A stretch of 64,000 nucleotides of DNA from Spirochaetota bacterium (GCA_965208615.1 CBDBPB010000002.1:96001-160000); one strand, 5' to 3'; shown: positions 30,401-42,470, counted from the stretch's first letter. Numbers and translations are program-made. Notes: generated by a model from the letters alone, not told the origin.

Positions 30401-32024
30401 TTGGGACAACAGTTAAACTTGTTAGATATTGATAATGATAATAATTATATAACTATTAGTGAGGCATCTAAGTGGGCAAGTGAATACTTGAACAGAAGTG
30501 TGACTAAGTCTCAAATATCATATTTAATAAATTATGCTAGGGTAGGGTCAATTAAGATTGATAGAAAAAATCATATAAACCTTAATGAGCTAAAAAATTA
30601 TTATGACAATAGAAGTGAGAATGAAAAAAATAAGATTCTTAATGGGTTAAGTAAAGACGTTAACCTGTCCCTTTCATTTTCTGAATATAATGAATATGAG
30701 AGGACAAAGCATGTTCATAGGTTGCATCCATATAAAGGCAAATTTATTACTCAGCTGGTGGAGTATTTTTTAAGTAATCATACTGACGGCTTTAAAAAAG
30801 AGGTTTTCTTTAAACAGGGAGATATTGTATTAGATCCTTTTGCAGGCTCTGGAACTACTTTAGTTCAAGCTAATGAGTTAGGAATACATTCTATTGGTAT
30901 TGAGCTTTCTAGTTATAATGCTATTATTTCTAGAGTAAAGACTGAAAGCTATGAAATGGACAAAATGAGACAAGAAGGTGATAGAATTATAGAGCTATTA
31001 TATCACCTTAAAAAAGAGACTACTGCTTATTATGATGAGTTAGATAAGCTTATTAGGTTATATAATGAAAAGTACTTCCCATCTCCTAAATATCGAAAGG
31101 CTATACATGCTAAAGAGATTAATGAAAAGAGCTATGGGAAAGAAGTATTAGGTAAATTTAACTTTGATTATGAAAAAGCTATTAAAAAAGTTTAATAAAA
31201 TACACCCAGATAAATTATTTGAGAATAAAAGTCATCATAGTTTTTTAGAGTATTGGCTTACAGAGGATATCCAAAAAGAGATTAAAGTTATAAAAGAGAT
31301 AATTGAGCTTATCAAAGATGAGAAGTTAAAATATCTTTTTATGGTTATATTGGGCAGGGCTGTTAGATCGTGTAGAGCAACAAAACATATAGATTTAGCA
31401 ACTTTAACAAAGCCTCAATTTGCTCCTTATTATTGTGAGAGAAAGCATTTTAAATTGTGTAGACCAGTAAATAGTTTATTAAGTCATTTTAAGAAATATT
31501 ATTTGGATTCGATTAGAAGGATTAAAAGTTTTAGTATGCTTAAAACTAACGCTTTAAATCTTGTTTTAGAAGGTGACTCATATAGTATTGAGCTTGATAA
31601 GGTGTTGGAGGTTAAGTCTTTTTTTAATAAAGCAGGTAAATATAAAATTGATGGGATATTCACATCACCTCCTTATGTTGGTCAAATTGATTATCATGAG
31701 CAACATCTATATGCTTATGAGATTTTTAATTTGCCTATGAAAAAGGATAGAGAAATAGGGATATTAGGTCTTGGTAAAAGTAAAAAGGCAAGGGATCAAT
31801 ATTCTAAGGGTATTACAAAAGTATTTAGAAATTTGAAATCTTATTTAAAACCTTATGCTAACTGCTTTATAGTTGCTAATGATCGGTTGCAATTGTATCC
31901 AGATATAATAAATAAGTCAGGATATGAGCTTGTAAATGAGTTTAAGAGACCTGTACTAAATAGAGTTGAGAAAGATAGACGAGTATATGAAGAAAGTATT
32001 TTTCATATAAGGCCTAAAAGTTAA
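30401..32024 (+). CDS. DNA N4-cytosine methyltransferase with N-terminal HTH-like region (frameshift near 31185)
   Basis: HRLHPYKGKF; motif I DPFAGSGTT precedes motif IV TSPPY (alpha order, SPPY typical of m4C enzymes). Confidence 0.85.
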
Positions 32025-32026
32025 AT

Positions 32027-32509
32027 ATGTCATTATCAGGTGAAACACATTATCAGATTGCTGGGCTACTTAAAAAGGCAGTTATAAAAAAGTTAGATAG
32101 TTATGCGATGTATTCATTTATTCACTCGATGAACACAACCCTTGGAATGTCAATATGGGAGCAGATAGCTAAAATATTAGCTAAAGGTGCTGGAATGGAA
32201 GTTAAACGACAATATAAACTATTAGGTGAAATAGATAAACCTACTGAAGCTTTAATTGATGACAATGCACAAGTTGAAACGAATTTAGCTATTCCCTATA
32301 ATCCTTATCATCCTAAACCTTATGAAAGGTGGACTCTTGTTGGCCTTTTTGATTTAGACAGGGAACTGTACGCAGGAGAAGATTTCTGGAACTTTGTAGC
32401 TAATGATGACATTTATAATGAATTATTAAATGTTTTTGAAGAAGTTGGTAATGAGTTAAGGCCTAAAATTGATAATAGATTTGCCCAATTTAGAGTCAAT
32501 TACAATTAA
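32027..32509 (+). pseudogene. TdeIII/MjaII-like type II restriction endonuclease, internally deleted
   Basis: YSFIHSMNTTLG, AIPYNPY and EDFWNFV motifs recalled from this family; only 160 aa and no visible D...(E/D)xK core. Confidence 0.65.
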
Positions 32510-32533
32510 GTTTTGGGGATAAAGTGAGGGATA

Positions 32534-33571
32534 ATGCTTGAATCAGTATTAATTATGTCAATAAAGCCCTTATTAGTGGTATTTATGGTGGTTAACACTT
32601 GTGCGGTGGGTGTTTATCTTGAGCGTAGAATATCTGCATTTATACAGATGAGGCTTGGACCAAATAGGGTTGGCCCTTTTGGTGTACTACAACCTTTAGC
32701 TGACGTTATCAAGTTTATTTTTAAAGAAGACATAATACCAAAAGACGCTAATAAAATATTATATAATTTAGGTCCTTTTATAGCTTTTGCACCTGGTTTA
32801 ATTGTTTTTGGTGTAATCCCATTTGGCACTATTGATTGGTATGATCCAAGTGCTAGTTTAGCTGTAGGTGATATTGGAGTGGGTTTATTATTTGTTCTTG
32901 CCATAAGTTCTTTGACTACTTATGGTTTGGCTTATGGAGGCTGGGCATCATATAGTAAATATTCGGTTTTAGGTGGGCTAAGGGCTTCGGCACAGATGAT
33001 TAGTTTTGAGATAGCTATGGGGCTATCGTTAATAAGCATAATTATGACAGCTGGGTCGGTTAATTTAAATGAGATGGTTATCAGTCAGACAGGTACTATT
33101 TGGGGTTTTTTACCTAATTGGCTTTGTTTTAAGCAGCCGCTTGCATTTTTAATATTTTTTATAACTGCTTTTGCAGAGACTAACCGCTTACCTTTTGACA
33201 TGCCAGAGGCTGAACCAGAGATAGTGGGGGGGTATCACACTGAGTATAGTGGACTTAAGTTTGCACTTTATATGCTTGGTGAGTATGCCGCTATGGTTAC
33301 TATGTCTGCGGTTATTACGACGTTATTTCTTGGTGGATGGTCATTACCTTTTGTAGATAGTTTATTTTCTTCATCTGGTCCTGTGGTTATTGCTATTGTA
33401 TCCATAAGTATTTTCTCAGCAAAGACTGGTTTTTTAATATTCTTTTTCATGTGGGTCAGGTGGACTCTACCACGTACCAGGTGGGATCAATTAATGAAGT
33501 TAGGTTGGCATATATTAATTCCTTTGGCACTTTTAAACATAGTGTTAACGGCTATCTTATTGAAGGTTTAG
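32534..33571 (+). CDS. nuoH: NADH-quinone oxidoreductase subunit H
   Basis: RLGPNRVGP and AETNRLPFDMPEAE. Confidence 0.97.
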   Translation: MLESVLIMSIKPLLVVFMVVNTCAVGVYLERRISAFIQMRLGPNRVGPFGVLQPLADVIKFIFKEDIIPKDANKILYNLGPFIAFAPGLIVFGVIPFGTIDWYDPSASLAVGDIGVGLLFVLAISSLTTYGLAYGGWASYSKYSVLGGLRASAQMISFEIAMGLSLISIIMTAGSVNLNEMVISQTGTIWGFLPNWLCFKQPLAFLIFFITAFAETNRLPFDMPEAEPEIVGGYHTEYSGLKFALYMLGEYAAMVTMSAVITTLFLGGWSLPFVDSLFSSSGPVVIAIVSISIFSAKTGFLIFFFMWVRWTLPRTRWDQLMKLGWHILIPLALLNIVLTAILLKV

Positions 33572-33581
33572 GTAAGGATTT

Positions 33582-34055
33582 ATGGCAAATAGTGCAACTT
33601 ATAAGAGTAAAGATCATGAGATGGCTTTTTGGGAGAAGTTATATATTCCTGCTATAGTTAAAGGGCTTATAAATACTTTGCGTCATCTTTTCATGAAGAA
33701 GTTTACCACACCTTATCCAGAGAAGCGTTTAACCTTTTCTGATCGTTTTAGAGGTGAGCATAGGCTTAAAAAGGATGAGAAAGGACGTATTAAATGTGTT
33801 GCTTGTTATATGTGTTCTACGGCTTGTCCGTCAAATTGTATTATTATTGAGGCGGCGGAATGTCCTTCTGACTATGGTGATGATAGAGAAAAGTATCCAT
33901 CTTCGTTTATAATAGATGAGTTACGGTGTATTTACTGTGGTTTTTGTGAAGAGGCATGTCCTAAGGATGCCATAGAGTTAACGAGGAAGTTGCCAAGGGT
34001 ATATGGTTCACGGGCTGAGTTTATGTATGATAGAGAAAAGCTTTTAAATAACTAA
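33582..34055 (+). CDS. nuoI: NADH-quinone oxidoreductase subunit I
   Basis: Two CxxCxxCxxxCP motifs. Confidence 0.96.
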   Translation: MANSATYKSKDHEMAFWEKLYIPAIVKGLINTLRHLFMKKFTTPYPEKRLTFSDRFRGEHRLKKDEKGRIKCVACYMCSTACPSNCIIIEAAECPSDYGDDREKYPSSFIIDELRCIYCGFCEEACPKDAIELTRKLPRVYGSRAEFMYDREKLLNN

Positions 34056-34070
34056 ACGGAGACGATTAGC

Positions 34071-34601
34071 GTGGACATTTTACTGACTGATATAATATTT
34101 TTAATTTGTTCGGTACTGGCTATTATTTTTAGTCTTTTGGTTGTAATATCTAGGAATCCTATTTATAGTTCACTTTTTTTAGTTGGATCATTTATACCCA
34201 TTGCTGTTATATATATACTTATGTACGCACCATTTATTGCGGCTATTCAGATAATTGTATATGCTGGTGCAATTATGGTACTTTTTACATTTGTTATAAT
34301 GATGGTCTATATTGACAGAGAGAATATAAAGATTGATAAGAGTAAGGGATTTAGGATATTATCGATTTTTTTTGTAGTGGGTTTTTTGTTAACTTTTTTA
34401 CTGAGTAATATAATTAGTGATAAGTCTTACAATCCTAATCCTGATGAAGACTTTGGATCAACTAAAGCAATAGGAAAGTTAATTTTTGGTTTACCTGATA
34501 ACACTTTAGAGAGTACACAGGTTATTTCTTTTGAGCTAACTTCAATTTTGATAATGGTTGCCATAATAGGTGCTTTAGTTCTTGCTAAGAAGAGGACATA
34601 G
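34071..34601 (+). CDS. nuoJ: NADH-quinone oxidoreductase subunit J
   Basis: QIIVYAGAIMVLF and FELTS. Confidence 0.95.
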   Translation: MDILLTDIIFLICSVLAIIFSLLVVISRNPIYSSLFLVGSFIPIAVIYILMYAPFIAAIQIIVYAGAIMVLFTFVIMMVYIDRENIKIDKSKGFRILSIFFVVGFLLTFLLSNIISDKSYNPNPDEDFGSTKAIGKLIFGLPDNTLESTQVISFELTSILIMVAIIGALVLAKKRT

Positions 34602-34604
34602 ACT

Positions 34605-34925
34605 ATGACATTTTTCACGCTTACCAACTCATTGATATTGGGTTTAATATTATTTAGTATTGGGATTTATGGGGTATTAGCTAAAAGGAATCTTTTGGTT
34701 ATCATGATGTCTTTAGAGATCATGTTTAATTCGGCTAACATAGTATTTATATCGTTTAATTATTTTAAGTATAGTCAGGCTGGTAATGAGTTTGGTCATT
34801 ATTTTGTACTTCTTGTTATAGCGGTGGCTGCTGCTGAGGCGGCTATTGGTTTGGCTATATTAGTTACTATTTATAGAAACAGAAAGAAAGTTGATTCTGC
34901 TGATCTTACTGAGATGAAGGGATAA
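34605..34925 (+). CDS. nuoK: NADH-quinone oxidoreductase subunit K
   Basis: SLEIMFN and AAAEAAIGLA. Confidence 0.96.
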   Translation: MTFFTLTNSLILGLILFSIGIYGVLAKRNLLVIMMSLEIMFNSANIVFISFNYFKYSQAGNEFGHYFVLLVIAVAAAEAAIGLAILVTIYRNRKKVDSADLTEMKG

Positions 34926-34928
34926 ATA

Positions 34929-36878
34929 ATGTCTGACTTTATTAGCCAACTTGATAATTATATTTTTTTAATACCTCTTGCGCCGTTAATAGGTTTTTTG
35001 ATTAATGGTATTATTGCTAAGAAGTTAAACCGTAGGGCAGTACATTTTGTAGGAGTATTTTCTGTTTTTATATCGGCTGTTATATCGGCGTTGGCTTTGT
35101 ATAAGGTGGTTATTACTGATAATGCCATAGTTTATAATGGATATACATGGTTTTCGTCTGGCGGATTAGATGTATCTGTTGGGTTTAGGGTTGATCAGTT
35201 ATCGGCTATAATGATAAACATAGTTAGTGGGATAGGACTGCTAATTCACATATACTCTGTTGGGTATATGAAAGAGGATAAGGGTGGAGCAAGGTTTTTT
35301 GCATATATGAACTTATTCACTTTTGCCATGTTGATATTGGTTATGGCGGATAATATATTGTTATTATTCCTTGGTTGGGAAGGAGTAGGGCTTTGTTCAT
35401 ATTTGCTTATTGGTTTTTGGTATAAGAATGAGGAGTATGCCTCAGCTGGTAAGAAGGCATTTATAGTTAATCGCATAGGGGACTTTGGTTTTTTATTGGG
35501 TATATTTTTAATTTTCATTCACATTGGGACACTAACATTTTCGGAGATGCCTGCGGCTATATTTGCTAGTTCAGGGCTTAGTAGTTTAAGTAGTGAAACA
35601 GTTACGATTATAACTTTGTTATTATTTGTGGGAGCAGTAGGTAAGTCTGCACAGATACCGTTATACGTATGGTTACCTGATGCAATGGCTGGACCTACAC
35701 CTGTTAGTGCATTGATCCACGCGGCTACTATGGTGACTGCTGGGGTTTATATGATAGGCAGACTGCACTTTTTATTTGTCATGTCAGAAGTGACAATGCT
35801 TATTATATTGGTTGTTAGCGGTTTTACGGCACTTTATGCTGGGACTATTGGTATAACCCAGAATGACATTAAGAAGGTATTGGCATACTCTACTGTTAGT
35901 CAGTTGGGATATATGTTTATGGCAATGGCGGTTGGTGCATTTTCTGTGGGGATATTTCATTTACTTACCCATGCTTTTTTTAAGGCATTATTGTTTTTAG
36001 GTTCTGGATCGGTTATTATAGCCTGTCATCATGAGCAGGACATGACCAAGATGGGGGGTTTAGCTACGAAACTACCAATAACCTATAGGGCAATGTTTAT
36101 AGGGATGCTTGCTCTTAGTGGCGTTGTACCGTTTATATCTGGGTTTTTGAGTAAGGATTTGGTATTAGAGAAGGTATTCGAGTTTAGTGTATTCAACATA
36201 GGTATTGGCCCTATATTTTGGATAGTTGGAGTTTTAGCTGCTGCTTGTACTGCGTTTTATAGTTTTAGGTTATTGGGTATGACATTTTGGGGCAGGACTA
36301 ACATGACCGATGAAGACTATCATCATGTAAAAGAGCCTTCTAAGAGTATGTCTGGGGTATTAGTTGTATTAGCTATACTATCGGTTTTTGGTGGATTAGT
36401 TGGTGTACCTGCCTTACTTGGTGGTAATAATTATATTCATTCATTTTTGGGTGGTGTATTTGGAGAGACTGTCCAGGCTGGCCATCATGGATATTTACCT
36501 TATGTACTTATGGTTATATCCACGTCTATAGGGATTATTATTGCTTTTAGTGCTGCTAAGATTTATGCTAGCAGTTCGTCCATACCTGATAGCTTTGTTC
36601 AAAGTGGCATTGGCAAGTTATTGTATAAGTTTTCGTACAACAAGTATTATGTGGATGAGGTTTATGATTTTCTTATAGTTAAACCTTTTACTAGGGCGTC
36701 TTATTATTTATGGAAGTTTTTTGATGTGCTAGTAATAGATGGTATTGTAAATGGTTTGGCGTATATTTCAAGGGGTTTTGGGGATATTGCTAGAAAGATG
36801 AACACTGGTAGTATAAATACTTATGCACTATCCATATTGATTGGCGTAATTGCTTTACTGATATATCTTATAGTTTAA
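34929..36878 (+). CDS. nuoL: NADH-quinone oxidoreductase subunit L
   Basis: GWEGVG, WLPDAMAGPTPVSALIHAATMV and HAFFKALLF. Confidence 0.97.
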   Translation: MSDFISQLDNYIFLIPLAPLIGFLINGIIAKKLNRRAVHFVGVFSVFISAVISALALYKVVITDNAIVYNGYTWFSSGGLDVSVGFRVDQLSAIMINIVSGIGLLIHIYSVGYMKEDKGGARFFAYMNLFTFAMLILVMADNILLLFLGWEGVGLCSYLLIGFWYKNEEYASAGKKAFIVNRIGDFGFLLGIFLIFIHIGTLTFSEMPAAIFASSGLSSLSSETVTIITLLLFVGAVGKSAQIPLYVWLPDAMAGPTPVSALIHAATMVTAGVYMIGRLHFLFVMSEVTMLIILVVSGFTALYAGTIGITQNDIKKVLAYSTVSQLGYMFMAMAVGAFSVGIFHLLTHAFFKALLFLGSGSVIIACHHEQDMTKMGGLATKLPITYRAMFIGMLALSGVVPFISGFLSKDLVLEKVFEFSVFNIGIGPIFWIVGVLAAACTAFYSFRLLGMTFWGRTNMTDEDYHHVKEPSKSMSGVLVVLAILSVFGGLVGVPALLGGNNYIHSFLGGVFGETVQAGHHGYLPYVLMVISTSIGIIIAFSAAKIYASSSSIPDSFVQSGIGKLLYKFSYNKYYVDEVYDFLIVKPFTRASYYLWKFFDVLVIDGIVNGLAYISRGFGDIARKMNTGSINTYALSILIGVIALLIYLIV

Positions 36879-36896
36879 GTTAAAAGTGAGTGTAAG

Positions 36897-38405
36897 ATGA
36901 GTTTTCCATTAATTAGTTTAGTTCTTTTTCTACCTGCCGTTGGGGGATTATTAACTGTACTCATACCATCTGACAGGGAAAGGGCTATTAAGATAAGCGG
37001 TATATTATTTTCTGTTATAACTTTTATTTTATCCATACCGTTATTCACCCAGTTTGGCATTGATAATGGTCTTTTTGAGGAGAAGTATTATTGGATTGAT
37101 CAAAGTATTATTAACACGTCTTATCACTTAAAGGTTGATGGGATAAGCTTATTAATTATACTACTAACAACTTTCATAACGCCAATAACCATTTTAGCGT
37201 CGTGGAACTCGATTAATATAAGGGTTAAAGAGTTTATTATATCCATGCTTGTGTTAGAGACGGGTATGATAGGGGCTTTAGTTGCATGGGACTTATTATT
37301 ATTTTACGTATTTTGGGAAGTTATGCTAATCCCTATGTATTTTATTATTGGTATATGGGGTGGTGAGCGTAAGATTTATGCGGCTGTCAAGTTTTTTATA
37401 TATACGATGGTTGGCAGTTTGCTCATGTTTTTGGCCATATTGTGGATATATATAGAGGTTGGTTCATTTGATTTTAATGCTATATACAAGGCTGATATTG
37501 TAGCTGATGTTCAGACGATACTTTTTATTGCATTTGGATTATCTTTTGCTATAAAGGTACCTATATTCCCATTTCACACGTGGTTACCTGATGCTCATGT
37601 TCAGGCGCCTACTGCTGGCAGTGTAATATTAGCTGGGGTACTTTTAAAGATGGGTACCTATGGATTTATTAGGTTAGCCATACCTATTTTCCCTGATGCT
37701 ACGGCTGAGTATTCTTATGTGCTATCTATATTGGCTATAATAGGTATTATTTATGGTGCTATGATGGCTTTAGCCCAGACTGACATTAAAAAGCTTATTG
37801 CATATTCGTCCATAAGTCATTTGGGATTTGTTATGCTTGGACTTTTTGCTTTTAGTTTAGGCGAGATGGGCAGGTATGAGATAGCTTATCAGAGTATACA
37901 GGGTGCTATTTACCAGATGATAAATCACGGTATTAGTACAGGGGCTTTGTTTTTGTTAGTGGGGATGATATATGAAAGACGGCATACAAAAGAGATGAGT
38001 GAGTTTGGTGGTTTAGCAAAGGTTATGCCCATATATGCTGTTGTATTTATGATTACGACATTGTCGTCTATAGGATTACCTGGCTTAAATGGTTTTATTG
38101 GTGAGTTTCTTATTTTGATTGGTAGTTTTAAGGCTAATTGGGTATATGGTACTTTAGCATCTAGTGGAGTGATTTTAGGTGCTGTTTATATGTTAGTTCT
38201 TTATCAGAAGGTTTTTTTGGGGGATTGTACTAATGAGAAGAACCACTCATTAAAAGACTTATCCATAAGAGAGATTGTTATAATGTTACCCTTAATAGTT
38301 ATGATGGTGGTTATGGGAGTTATACCTGGGTATTTTCTTGATAAGATAGAGATTAGTTTAAACAGTTTTTTTGATAATATAGCGAATATTGGGTGGATGC
38401 CATGA
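36897..38405 (+). CDS. nuoM: NADH-quinone oxidoreductase subunit M
   Basis: FYVFWE, HTWLPDAH and LLKMGTYG. Confidence 0.97.
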   Translation: MSFPLISLVLFLPAVGGLLTVLIPSDRERAIKISGILFSVITFILSIPLFTQFGIDNGLFEEKYYWIDQSIINTSYHLKVDGISLLIILLTTFITPITILASWNSINIRVKEFIISMLVLETGMIGALVAWDLLLFYVFWEVMLIPMYFIIGIWGGERKIYAAVKFFIYTMVGSLLMFLAILWIYIEVGSFDFNAIYKADIVADVQTILFIAFGLSFAIKVPIFPFHTWLPDAHVQAPTAGSVILAGVLLKMGTYGFIRLAIPIFPDATAEYSYVLSILAIIGIIYGAMMALAQTDIKKLIAYSSISHLGFVMLGLFAFSLGEMGRYEIAYQSIQGAIYQMINHGISTGALFLLVGMIYERRHTKEMSEFGGLAKVMPIYAVVFMITTLSSIGLPGLNGFIGEFLILIGSFKANWVYGTLASSGVILGAVYMLVLYQKVFLGDCTNEKNHSLKDLSIREIVIMLPLIVMMVVMGVIPGYFLDKIEISLNSFFDNIANIGWMP

Positions 38406-39859
38406 TAGATGTACTAGAATACACAAAGATACTCATACCGGTTATAATACTGACCATTTCTGCACTTTTAGTTATGGTAGTGGAAGTTTTATTTAGTGAG
38501 GCATTGAAAAGGATAGTATCATTTTGCTTATCTATATTGGCTATATTTTTAGCTTTAGTGGTTTTATTGATTCAGGCGTTTGAGATTGGGTCTAGTGAGG
38601 TTATGATATTTGGTGGGTCTTTGTTGATAGACAAGTGGGCTATTGGATTTTCTATAGTTATAGTTTTGGGTGCATTTATGGTACTTGTTGCCTCATACGA
38701 CTATATTGGGCGTATAAACAGTAAGTTGGGGGAGTATTATAGTTTAATATTGTTTGCTGTTGTGGGGATGATATTTTTGGTTATGTCCAATGATATGATG
38801 ACATTTTTCATTAGTTTTGAGGTTATGTCCATAGCAGTTTTTGTATTAGCTGGATTTAATGTTGTTAATATAAGGTCTAACGAGTCGGCGTTCAAGTATT
38901 TTATATTGGGGGTATTTGCAACGGCTTTTATGATTATGGGCATTGCATTTATTTATGGTGCTACTGGTGAGATGAGATTCCAGGAGATTAGTCATATACT
39001 TGTTGGTATAGATGGGGTTGATTATTATTTTGGTTTATTTGGATTAGGTTTAATATTGGTTGGATTTTTATTTAAGGTTGGCACTTTCCCTTTTCACCAG
39101 TGGATACCTGATGTATATGAGGGTGCACCTACATCGGTTACTGCATTTATGTCTACTGTGGTTAAGGTTGCTGGTTTTGCTATTATTATAAGGGTACTAT
39201 TTATAGTTTTCAGTTATGAGGCTTACAGTGAGAAGTGGATTAATATTTTGACTGTTGTTAGCATTTTAACAATGATAGCTGGTAATTTTATGGCACTTGT
39301 ACAGGATAACATAAAGCGTCTTTTGGCCTATTCTGGTATTGCACATAGCGGATATATACTTTTAGCTGTTATTGCTGCTAAGGTGGGTGGTGGTGATATT
39401 AGTCCTGTTATATTTTATTTATTGACTTACACGATAATGACAATTGGTGCATTTGTTGTACTTATTGGTGCTGGGGATAAGGGTTGTGATGTTGAGAATA
39501 TTGATGAGATAAGGGGTCTTGGATATAAGAATAAGTTTTTAGGATTTTCCATGTCATTTTTCTTTTTTTCATTAGCGGGTATACCGTCTACGGCTGGGTT
39601 TATGGCTAAGTTTTTTATATTTAAGAGTGTTATAGGTTCTGGCTTATATATGCTTGCGGTTATAGGTATACTTACTGCCATAGTTTCGGTTTATTATTAT
39701 ATTAGGGTAGTTGTTTATCTTTACATGAAGGATGAGGCTAGTAACTTTACTTATCACAAGCCATCTTTTGGGTATAGTTTTATTACTTTTATGGCTATAA
39801 TTTTAACATTTCTTTTTGGTATATTACCCCAGTTTGGTTTTTATTTTCTTCACATTTAG
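38393..39859 (+). CDS. nuoN: NADH-quinone oxidoreductase subunit N
   Basis: ESAFKYF, PFHQWIPDVYEGAP and KRLLAYSGIAH. The start may be at 38402. Confidence 0.96.
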   Translation: MDAMIDVLEYTKILIPVIILTISALLVMVVEVLFSEALKRIVSFCLSILAIFLALVVLLIQAFEIGSSEVMIFGGSLLIDKWAIGFSIVIVLGAFMVLVASYDYIGRINSKLGEYYSLILFAVVGMIFLVMSNDMMTFFISFEVMSIAVFVLAGFNVVNIRSNESAFKYFILGVFATAFMIMGIAFIYGATGEMRFQEISHILVGIDGVDYYFGLFGLGLILVGFLFKVGTFPFHQWIPDVYEGAPTSVTAFMSTVVKVAGFAIIIRVLFIVFSYEAYSEKWINILTVVSILTMIAGNFMALVQDNIKRLLAYSGIAHSGYILLAVIAAKVGGGDISPVIFYLLTYTIMTIGAFVVLIGAGDKGCDVENIDEIRGLGYKNKFLGFSMSFFFFSLAGIPSTAGFMAKFFIFKSVIGSGLYMLAVIGILTAIVSVYYYIRVVVYLYMKDEASNFTYHKPSFGYSFITFMAIILTFLFGILPQFGFYFLHI

Positions 39860-40034
39860 TAACTTCACTATTACTTTGTGGCTAACAGTTAATTAAGCAT
39901 ATCATTATTTTTTTATAAAATGTAGAATGTATAGCATAAATAGCATAACTAAACTTGCCTTAGTGTATTTTTCTGTTAGCTTTTATATGGGTTATGTGAT
40001 CTTTGGATTTATATTTTATTAAAGGTTAGATTTT

Positions 40035-42450
40035 ATGAGTGGTGTTAGTTGTAGTCATTGTTTATTACCTTTCCCAGAGAGGGATGCGGTTTATGCTAAT
40101 GGGGATGATAAAAAGGTTTTTTGTTGTCATGGATGTTTAACTGTGTATGATATTATTAATAGTGAGGGGCTTAGTGATTTTTATGAAAAGAGGGATTGGG
40201 ATAGTAATACTATTAAGTTTGACTTTAAGAAGGATATTGATATAAAGTCTTTTGTCCAATATGTTATAGACAAAGGGGATAAAAAAGAGATAAACATATT
40301 TATTGAGGGTATACACTGTTCATCTTGTGTTTGGCTTAACGAAAAGATACTTACCAGGACTGATGGTATTGAGTATGCTATGGTTAACTATGCTAGTCAT
40401 AGGGCGAAGATTATTTGGGATCCTAATATTATAGGGCTTAAGGCTATTTTAGATAGGATTATGTCCATAGGTTATGTACCAAAGGTTTATTCTGAGTCTG
40501 AGAAGATTAAGCTTCAGAAAGCCGAAAATAGGACTTTGTTGATAAGGTTGGGTACGGCTATTTTTCTATCCATGCAGCTTATGTTGTATAGTGTTGCGTT
40601 GTACGCTGGTTTTTTTCATGGTATTGATTATAGTTATAAGCTTACTTTTGAGTTAATAGCTTTAGTTATAACAACGCCAATATTGTTTTATTCTGGTATG
40701 CCGTTTATGAGGTCTACGGTAAGGGCGTTTAGGCGTTTAAGGTTTAATATGGACTCCCTTATTGTGATAGGTTCTGGTTCTGCATATTTGTATAGTATAT
40801 ATCAGATAACTGTGGGGGGAAAGGTATATTTTGACACATCTGCAATGATTATAACGTTAATCCTTGTTGGCAGGTATTTAGAGTCATTGGCTAAGGAGAG
40901 TGCGTCTAAGACAATAGAAAAGCTTATTAATCTTAGTCCAAAGGAAGCTAGACTTATTAGTGGTGATAAACGGGATATGGTACTACTCACTTTCCTTAAG
41001 GTGGGGGATGTAGTTGAGGTTTTACCTGGTGAGAAAGTCCCTACTGATGGGGTTATAGTTAGTGGTGAGTCTGAGGTTAACGAGTCTATTATCACTGGGG
41101 AGTCTAAGCCTATACAGAAGGTCATTGGGGATAAGGTTATTGGTGGTACTATAAACATGTATGGGGTTATAAGGTTTGAGGTTAGCAGTGTTCTTGAGAA
41201 TACAGTACTTTTTGGTATTATTAGGGCTGTTGAGGATGCTCAAGCACGAAAGCCTAAGATACAGTCTATTGCTGATCGTATAGTGGGAGTTTTTGTACCC
41301 TTTATATTAATTTTGTCGTTATCTACTATTATTACTTATATTGTGCTTGGTACTACTATTCACGAGGCATTACTTACGGGTATATCTATTTTAGTTATTG
41401 CATGTCCGTGTAGTTTGGGATTGGCCACTCCATTGGCTGTATTGGTATTTACTAACTCTGCGTCATCAAGGGGTATACTTATTAAGGGTGGTGAGGTTAT
41501 AGAGAATGTTAGTAGGCTTAGTCACATTGTTTTTGACAAGACTGGTACCATTACCTTAGGCAAGCCTAAACTAAAAGAGATCATATTATACGATGATAAT
41601 ATAAATCAGGATTATCTTTTATCTATTACGGCATCTATAGAGAGGTTATCCGAGCATAGTATTGCTCATGCTATTAATGACAGTGCTTTTGATGTTGATT
41701 TATTTGATGTGGATAGTTTTAAGGCTTTACCGGGTAGTGGGGTACGGGGTATTGTTAAAGGCAAGGAAGTTTTTATTGGTAATAGGGAGCTTATGGATGG
41801 CATAGGTATTAATAGTTCATACTTGGATAGGGATGATATTATACATAATTTTGAGTCTTGTGGTAATACTGTTATATTTACGGCATGGGCTAATGTAGTT
41901 AGGGGAGCATTTATTATATCTGACGTTATTAGGGATGAGGCTAAGGCTGTTATTGATGATCTTAAGCTTAGATTTAATTTATCCATAGTCAGTGGGGATA
42001 ATAGACTAACCACTACTGCTATTGCTAATGAGGTTGGTATAAAGAGTATTATATCTGAGGCTTCACCTATTAAAAAAAGGGAGTTTATTCATAATTTACA
42101 GGCTGATAAACATAGGGTTATGATGGTTGGGGATGGGATTAATGATGCACCTGGATTAACTGAGTCGGCTGTTGGCATTGCAATGGGTCGGGGTACTGAT
42201 ATTGCTATGGACAGTGCTGATGCTGTATTAATTAGGGATAGTCTTTCAGTTATTCCTTATTTTAATTAGGTTATCGTCATATACCTTTGGGATTATAAAG
42301 CAGAACATATTTTGGGCATTTTTTTATAATGTTATAGCCATACCTTTAGCGGTTATGAATATATTGCATCCAATAGTGGCAGCAGCCGCTATGGTGACCA
42401 GCTCATTATTTGTGGTATTCAATTCTCTTAGGATCAGGTTAAAGGATTAG
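40035..42450 (+). CDS. ccoI: CcoI/FixI-type copper P1B ATPase (frameshift near 42262)
   Basis: N-terminal CSHC..FCCHGC, HMA domain CSSC, TGES, CPC, DKTGT and GDGINDAP; the shifted C-terminus carries QNIFWAFFYN. Confidence 0.9.
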
Positions 42451-42470
42451 TTTTATTTTACGGAGGTTGT

